Shown piece after piece: positions 34,721 to 41,704 of a stretch of DNA of 41,704 nucleotides (positions are counted from its first letter, which is position 1; the number at the start of each line of letters is the position of its first letter). Source of the DNA: Rhizaria sp. SCN 62-66 (taxonomy: Eukaryota); NCBI GenBank assembly GCA_001724265.1, contig MEDY01000444.1, positions 1 through 41,704 on the forward strand. Direction: 5' to 3'. Position numbers and translations under genes: made by a program. The notes below the pieces were generated by a model. It was not told where the DNA came from. It saw only the letters and a program-made list of their open reading frames with translations, and searched no databases.

Positions 34721-35046
34721 AACTTTGGGAAGCGGTTGTTTATCTCGTTCTTAACGTAAGGAGGTGGTTCAGCCGATGGAGTAAGAAAAGCAAGAGAGCG
34801 CGTTCATGTTGGCAGCAGCTGAATGTGCTTGCGCGCGCGACGTCGCGCTCAGCCTCACTAAGCCTCGCTTTATCGACGACCGAGTGTTGATATCACGTCA
34901 GTGCACTTTCGCTGCCATGTCGTTGTCGCCCTCACATCGATGTCATTCTCACTTTCTCATTGTCGTTTGTGACATACAATAGAGCAAAACAAAATTTCAA
35001 CTCACTTACTAACTCATGCGACGATGAGCAATCCGGGGTCCTCACG

Positions 35047-36480
35047 TCACGTGCTTATGTCGCCAACAATATCGATCACACACTTGTTTAGACTTGCCAC
35101 GTCAGCGTTCTTCGATTTAGTCCTCGCAAGAGCGTCGCGGCCGCCCGCCGCAAAGAACGCCGCCAGAAACACGTTGCGCGGCTGTGCGCCCTCGGCCTGC
35201 ACCGCTGGGTCGGCGCCCGTATCGCCGCACTGGACCATGAGTTGCACCGCCTTACAGATCCTGGCGGGCGGCATGTCAATCGCGCCCGCGGCAATGGCGA
35301 GGATAAGGGCGTAGTAGCGGAGCACGCCGGCGTCGAGCAGCATCTGCGCCCGGGCCAGCCGGGCCTGCGGGGTCAGGGCCCTGGCCAGAAGCTCAGTCGT
35401 GATCGCGGACAGCGGTGTCGTCACTTGATAGCCGATGAAGTCGTTGCTGATGGAGCCTCGCGTCATCTCGGCCAGGCGCATAATCGCCGTCTGCAGCACG
35501 TTTGACTCAAGCACACGCGCCTCCATTTCGGGGCCCTTAGCCACGAGATGCGAGAGCATGTCGACCAGGTCGAAGAGCGCGTAGATCACCATGTATTCCA
35601 GCGACGCTGCGAGCCGCTGCAGTCTCGCCAGCACGTCCGGCGTGAACACGAGCGCGGCCTTGTCACCACGGTACTGCGCCATGCGGCGGCATAGACGTTG
35701 TGCAGGCATGTGCGTCGCGGACTTGACATGAAGGTGCGAGACAACGCAGCGAATGACGCTGTTTTCGCCGCCGCTGACGAGGTCTGCGAAGCTGCCATCA
35801 TCACGATCGAAGTTGAAGATCAGCGTTAGGGAGTTTGTCGCATTGATGAGCGCGTCCCGGAGATCGGGAAAGCCTTGGAAGTGCCGCAGCGCAAATGCTA
35901 GATGCGGCACCATGGGCGCCACGACGCAGTAGGTCAGCTGTGACGTCAACCGAGTCGTAAGTCCGTCGTGCATGACCGCCGAGAGCGTTGTGATCACCTT
36001 GGGGTCCACAGACGCAAACCTCTGGTACACAGCGCCCATGTAGGCGTATAAGTGCGCAAGGATGCCTCGCTGGACGATTGCGTCGATTGGCGCGCGCTCA
36101 TTTTCGACGATGCTGTTGAGAGCCTTGAGCGCGGCAATCACAACGGCGTCGGGCGTGTCAAGGCAAACCATGCTGCAGAGCTTCTCAGCAACGCCGTGCT
36201 CAAGCAGCACGCCAGCGGACAGCGAGGCAAGATCTTCAATCGCTTTCACGGCTTCCCTGTGACGCTTTTCTTTGTCCGCGTCTGCTGTGAGATCGAATGA
36301 ACGCAAGAGCGTGTCAATCACGCCGTGGTCGAGACATGCCTCAGTGAGCGCCTCAGTCTTTTCTGTATCTCGAGTATATGACATCCACCGCAGCCTTTGA
36401 ACTCCGCCCAGCGACTCTGAAAGCTCCATCAATTCCGCAACAGCCCCATGAAATGATTCGTAGTCGAGCTGGTCGGACAT
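35047..36480 (-). CDS. Intronless divergent armadillo-repeat protein, importin-alpha-like but lacking the IBB domain, 477 aa
   Basis: ARM-like helices (LLEHGVAEKLCSMV, ALKALNSIV..., AIVQRGILAHL, LLDAGVLRYY). The C-terminus CGD...RNVFLAAFFAAGGRDALA...N..VA....VIDIV resembles the atypical last ARM of importin-alpha. Stop is TGA. Confidence 0.7.
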   Translation of the reverse strand: MSDQLDYESFHGAVAELMELSESLGGVQRLRWMSYTRDTEKTEALTEACLDHGVIDTLLRSFDLTADADKEKRHREAVKAIEDLASLSAGVLLEHGVAEKLCSMVCLDTPDAVVIAALKALNSIVENERAPIDAIVQRGILAHLYAYMGAVYQRFASVDPKVITTLSAVMHDGLTTRLTSQLTYCVVAPMVPHLAFALRHFQGFPDLRDALINATNSLTLIFNFDRDDGSFADLVSGGENSVIRCVVSHLHVKSATHMPAQRLCRRMAQYRGDKAALVFTPDVLARLQRLAASLEYMVIYALFDLVDMLSHLVAKGPEMEARVLESNVLQTAIMRLAEMTRGSISNDFIGYQVTTPLSAITTELLARALTPQARLARAQMLLDAGVLRYYALILAIAAGAIDMPPARICKAVQLMVQCGDTGADPAVQAEGAQPRNVFLAAFFAAGGRDALARTKSKNADVASLNKCVIDIVGDIST

Positions 36481-37058
36481 CGCTCAGCTGAACAGAACAC
36501 GGATCTATGACAATTGTGAAGTGCGACATGAGTCCAAGTCATAATGCAGATAGATGCGGTTGAGAAATAAAACACACATATGCAATCACTAATACAACGA
36601 CATATCGCGAATTCCACACGGAGAGTTACGTATAGTCTCATTTCTGTGTTGAATTTCGAGTGTCAAGTGGGGAGGGCGAGGCCCCGTTTCTTTGAGCCTC
36701 GTTTGCGTTAAATTCACATTTTTGAAAAGTTCCACACTAAAATAATGTAAAAAACATGCCATACTTAAACATACTTGAACGCCACTTTGTCTGACGATCC
36801 AATACATCGTGTAATATCATCCCTTAATCATGCATGCAAAACAGTTCTTTTTGAACTCGTGGTGACAGTAATTTTTTGACTTGAAGTGAATATTTTTTTC
36901 ACTTTGTTGCACGTAATTCTTCTTATTCAAAATAAAAGGCAGAAGTAATAAGAGGAAATACAATCATGTTATGTGTATTCCATGTCATCTATTCGTCTTG
37001 AGCTACTCGTAAAGCTATATAAGCTCGCACTTTCATCGCCACTTCGTACTGATGTCGC

Positions 37059-39827
37059 TTATGCATTCATATCGAGGATGAGCGGCTTCCCGTCCTCCCC
37101 CGCGCACACCGCGCCACCCACCCAGACCTCGAGACAGCTCACGGCGCGGCCCCCGCTGCCGCCGCGCACGACTGCCGCGGCCTCCCCGCCGTCGTCGCAT
37201 CCCTCCGGCCCCGCGCTGACGCACATGCCCCAGCCAGGCCCGCGACGCGGAATCGGAGACACCGCCTCGACCGCGCCCGTCACGACCGCGCGCACCGGCA
37301 CGCGCTCGCGGCAGTCCCAGCCGTAGCACGCGCCGTCGGCCGTGGTGGCGAGCACGTGCCGGCCGCCTGGCGCGAACCGCACGGCCATCGCAGGCGCGCG
37401 TGGCCCCAGCAGCGACAGCGACGTCGCCCAGCCTCGCCGCGGGTCCACCAGTGCCACCGCGCCGTCGGTCAGCGCCAGCGCCACCAGATGGTCGCCTGGG
37501 GCGCGCGCCACGCCCGCGCCGCCGGCCCCGGAAAGGTATGTCGAGCCTTCGGCGTGCGCGGGCCCTCGGCGGGAGTAATCCTCCGAGAAGTGGCCCGCGC
37601 CGTTGGCGGCGTCATTCGCAGCATTGGCTTCGTCGCCGTCGTCGCCGTCATTGCCATACGCGTTGTCGCCATCGCCACTCGCGCTCTTGGAGTTGCTGTT
37701 GTTGTACGCGCCCGCGTGCGCCAGCTCGCTATCGACGACGTCGGGCCGCGCTTCGGCCGCGCCGGCGCCCCAGCCCCAGGTGGCGATGTCGGCAACTGCA
37801 CCCGCGCCTTGCCGCCCCGCAGAGACGCGGCGCTGGCTCACCGCGCGGTCGCTGCGCGTGTCGTAGACCCGGAAGTAGCCGTCCGTGCCGCCCGATACGA
37901 TCATATGCGGGGCCGGGTTCGCGCAAAAGGCCGAGCCGGAGGCCGCGGTGTCGTCGCCGTCGCCCGAGACAGAAGTCAAAAACTGTATGGAAGTGACGAC
38001 GGCGCCCGGGTGGCCCGTGAGCACGGTCAGCGGCTGCGCGGTTTCGATGTCCCACAGGTGCAGCGCACCGCCGCGCTCGGCCGACACGACGCGCGTGCCG
38101 TCCCAGCGGAAGGTCGTGACGCCCTTGCCGTGGGAACCGTAGCTGCACAGTTCGCGGGGCGCAAAGCTGGAGCGGATGTCCCTGATATATCGGCGCAAAC
38201 GAAAAAAAATACAGTTGATAATGGTGAGCTTAGCATCTTGCACAATGTTGTGCGTCAGGGCAATATTGATTCGACTTCAAGCACTCTAGCGATAACAAAC
38301 AAAGAGATCATATCGGGCAGGTGAGCTTCGTCGCACATTACTATGTTTAATATTGAGTGACGTACCAAAGCTTAATGGTGCCGTCCATAGAGGAGGTAAG
38401 GGCCCGCCAGCCGTCGTCAGCAGAGACTTTGGTCACAGGGCCATCGAAGGGACCCAGGAAGCCACACTAAGCGCAAGATGGAACAAAACAACAATTATCG
38501 AGAAATGTAAGATACAATTTGTTGAAAATACATATTAACACGACATATACACTTGTGCTCGAGATATACAAACTTTCCACTTCACCAATCAGCGCAACAT
38601 CACCATGCTCCGTACCTTTGTGCTGTTGGGCTCCCACACGCAACCGACGAAGTCCATGCCGCCGGACAGCACGCGGCCCGAATGGTGCACAACATCGACC
38701 GTGGTGACCCACTCCTTGTGCCCCGCCGTCTTGGTGAAGAGCTCGCGTTGCATGCGCCCGGTGCGCAGGTCGAACACGCGGAGCCCGTGATCGGCCGAGG
38801 CAGTGACGGCGAAGCCGTTGCGCGGACTCAGCGCCAGCCCGAAGACGGGCCGCGCGTGGCCCGGGACGCACACGCGCGTCACCCCGGGGCCGCGCGCCCA
38901 GCGGGAGCGGTCCGACGACGTGAAGGAAGCCAGGCCGCCTGCGGAGGAAGTTTGGCCGCTGCTAGAGTCGCCGGGGTGGCCGCCACCGCCGCGACAACGG
39001 CTGATAACAGCAGCATTGCCACTGGGAATGAAGCCAGAGCCAGAGCCAGAACCGGAGATTGATGTTGAGGTTGAGGTCGATCCATCGTCCCAGGCTGGCC
39101 GGTTGGCGATGCTGCGGCTGCTGCTGCCGTAGGTGCTGCGAGACGCCCCCGTGCCAGTGCCAGCGCCAGCGCCACTGCCGCTGGCGCTGCCGCTGCGGGC
39201 TGTAGCGGCGCTGCTGCGGGCTGTAACTGCGCTAGTGCCATAGCCATGACCAGCGCCAGCACTCACGCTAGAGCTAGTGGAGCTAGAAATAGGGACGCGA
39301 GCGCGCGCGGTGCCAGCGCCAACGCCAACGCCACTCCTAGAGCTAGAGCTGTAGGTGCTAGAGCTGGAGCTAGTGGCACTGGGGTTGGATTGGGCAGCGC
39401 GCGAGCGGGCTGTCGCGGCGGCGGTGGGAACCGATGACGCTGCCACTGCCGACGTGTAGCGAGATGCTTGCCCCTGGCCATAGCCGTTACTGACGCCGCC
39501 CAACCCGCCACCGGAGCTGCCGCCTCCGCCGCCCCCGCTGTAGCTGTTACTGTCGCCGCCGCCATACCCGTCGTCGTCGTTGAGGGCGTCGTACGCAGCC
39601 GCATACGCGCCTGCGCCGCTGCCGCCGCCACTGCCGCGGCCGGGGACTGCGCCGTAGCCGCCATATGTGCTGCCGCTGCTGCCGCTGCCGTAGCCGCCGT
39701 AGACGTCAGCGTTGTTGTTGTTGTTACTTTGCTGCGACTGCGGCGGCGGTTGCTGCGAGTAGGGGTCGCGGGCAGAGCCAGCGGGTGCACGGGCGCCGGG
39801 GCCGGTGCGCGGAGGGAAGCGGGACAT
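37059..39827 (-). CDS. WD40-repeat protein with a Gly/Ser-rich N-terminus, 811 aa. Exons 38616-39827, 38366-38466, 37059-38181
   Basis: WD repeats GHARPVFGL...TASADHGLRVFD, GHKEWVTTV...SGGMDFVGCVWE, TSSMDGTIKL-W-D (the W is formed across an intron) and GHPGAVVTSI...SGGTDGYFRVYD. Both introns are GTACG...AG. Stop is TAA. Confidence 0.88.
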
Positions 39828-40377
39828 TGCAGAGGCGCGTGGGGGCCGGCTGGTAGGAGCGGGCAGAAGCTGGTGAACACAGACAGAGCAAGGCGTTACC
39901 TTGACGAGTTTGACTGGCGAAGGAGGCTGCGGAGAGAAATGAGAAGATATGCGCGAGACAGCGACATGTTAAAGAGAAATCGAAAAGGATTCAAGTAATA
40001 TGTCAACTTTTAAACCGTTATACACTACTCTTAATGCGATATGCAGTCTTAATGTGTCTCTGAGCACATCCTTTGTTAGACTTGAGAGGGCGCGCGAGGT
40101 GTGGTGGACGAGAGCCCAGAGCGAAAGAGGAAAAGTAGCATAGGAGTCCATAAAGAGCTCTCTAGAATATATAATTTTACGATTAAATATATTTCCATGC
40201 AAAATGTATTTGGCCTTAACCATGCATGCGCTGACGGTCACACTCCCTATATTCAGCATGTAATGCGTCACTCCTAAGCTCATCCCTCTCGAACCCTTCC
40301 GCTTCACACATTCCTCACCACAGCACAGCCTTACACCAACTCTACACACACGAGGCCACTCCACGCAGTCAGCCCCG

Positions 40378-41234
40378 ATGCCCCCGAAGTGCGGCGTCTG
40401 CAGCGAGCAGGAGTCCCGCTACAAGTGCACCCGCTGCCGCACCCTCCGCTAGTATGTACCCCGCAGCCCAACCGCTCTCTATCCCACTTTGCACTCATTA
40501 ATTCCACGATATAAAGCAATATTAACACGACTCCACAACATTACTTTTATACGCGCTAACCAATCATTATTTCAACTTTTTGTATTCTTTTGCGCCAATA
40601 TAGCTGCTCCAAGGAGTGCTTCGCCGTTCACTGCGAAACCTGCCTCCCCCCCTCTGCCCCCTCCGTCTCCACTGACGCTGCCTCTGACGTTGACGCTACA
40701 CCTGCTGCGACCGCGACTGCGACTGCCGCCGCTGCCGCCGCGCCCCCGCCCGAGGCCGCCGCGGCCGCCGCCGTGGCCGCTGTGCCCGCGGTGCTGCGCG
40801 GCTGCGCGCGCGTGGCGGCCCCCGCCGCGTCCGCTGCGGCCGCCGCCTCGCTGGGCCAGCTGCCAGAGGAAAACCTGGCCCGCATGCGGCACCACGGCGG
40901 GCTGCGCGCCGCGCTTAGGGACTCGGGGCTGCAGCACATCATCACGGCGATTATCAGCCCCGCGCCTCCTGCAGCAACCATGGGGCACAACAGCAACAGC
41001 AACAACCGCAACAACAATCGCTACAATGGCTATAACAACAGCAGCAAAAGCGAGAGTGTGGAGCAGCAGCAGCGGCGCCTGCTGGCCGAGCTGTGCCAGA
41101 CGGAACCGCGCTTCTCGGACTTCCTCGGGGAGATGCTCCGAGTCGTCGACGACAGCGCCGTCGCGCAGGCTGCGCGGGACCGGCGGGACCGCGATGAAGC
41201 CGTCAGCGCGCTGCTCCGGGGCGAGCGACCGTGA
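40378..41234 (+). CDS. ZNHIT3: Zinc finger HIT domain protein (ZNHIT3/HIT1-like box C/D snoRNP assembly factor), 234 aa. Exons 40378-40451 and 40604-41234
   Basis: Spliced MPPKCGVCSEQESRYKCTRCRTLRYCSKECFAVHCETC is a zf-HIT (intron gtatgt...gctaac...tatag). The C-terminal LRAALRDSGLQHII...EPRFSDFLGEMLRVV matches the ZNHIT3 C-domain. Stop is TGA. Confidence 0.85.
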
Positions 41235-41630
41235 GCAGTCAGTGACCATGAGCAGCGAGGACACATGTGACTGTGAGCAGCTGAGGCATGAGGCCGACAG
41301 TGCGTTGAGTGATGCCATAGACACACAGTGATCTCGTTGATATACTCGATGCTGTGTAAGATGGCCGAAGCTAAGTTGCTGTATTTTTGTCACAATAGTC
41401 ACCAGGCCAAAAAAGAGAGCAGAATACAAACAGTTCTCGCGTGTGTTAGTCATATAATCGCACTTACATGTGATTAGCGATGAAGCCTACGAACGCGAAC
41501 TGCGGTGGAGTATGAAGATATGAATTGTGTATTCGCTTGCAAAATTAATGGTTACATAGGTTAATAGCAGGAATAGTAGTGGTTTATACAAAACAAAGAA
41601 AACACAGTAGTATGGGGGGGAGCGGACTAT

Positions 41631-41704
41631 AACTCACACGAACAAAAATGAACTATCACATAAGTCATCACAACTCACACGAACAAAAATGAACTATCAC
41701 ATAA
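41631..41704. repeat. 41-bp tandem repeat, truncated by the window end
   Basis: aactcacacgaacaaaaatgaactatcacataagtcatcac (41631-41671) is followed by an identical copy of its first 33 nt (41672-41704). Confidence 0.85.

Noticed and set aside
40450-40452. Apparent in-frame TAG in the ZNHIT3 first exon
   Set aside because: It is TA|G at an intron donor; splicing restores TAC (Tyr) of the YCS motif. Not counted as evidence.
33-41453. The many overlapping Arg/Pro/Ala-rich alternative-frame and antisense ORFs in the ORF track (e.g. 3263..4495 -, 9426..10754 -, 14122..15273 +, 23287..24339 -, 37356..38324 +)
   Set aside because: These are shadow ORFs of GC-rich, low-complexity real genes, with no domains or independent splice signals.
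41631-41704. CRISPR-like repeat
   Set aside because: Only 8 nt separate the two 33-nt matches and the context is eukaryotic; it is a simple 41-bp tandem duplication cut by the window edge.

Overview
Gene-dense eukaryotic nuclear DNA from a probably flagellated protist: GC-rich, low-complexity exons with short AT-rich GT-AG introns, most with a GTACG donor. About 14 protein genes can be modelled: CEP131-like 3' end, a low-complexity hypothetical protein, two divergent importin-alpha-like ARM proteins, a ~2180-aa LEA-like protein, an NWE-motif ciliary protein, a small hypothetical protein, two convergent PLAC8 proteins, Sec10/EXOC5, an EF-hand protein, a WD40 protein, ZNHIT3/HIT1, and a zinc-ribbon-repeat nuclease. 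Two things stand out. (1) The organism appears to use a non-standard genetic code with UAG as a sense codon. Seven in-frame TAGs interrupt three unrelated, otherwise open genes (three of them at the same position of a diverged 74-aa repeat), and all 14 modelled genes end in TAA or TGA. (2) A ~4.9-kb segment (17855-22753) is bounded by degenerate ~135-bp inverted repeats. It has no recognisable transposase and carries an intron-containing gene for a giant-virus-like zinc-ribbon-repeat plus Vsr/DUF559-like endonuclease, making it a candidate new mobile element. All family calls come from motif recognition by eye; no searches were run.
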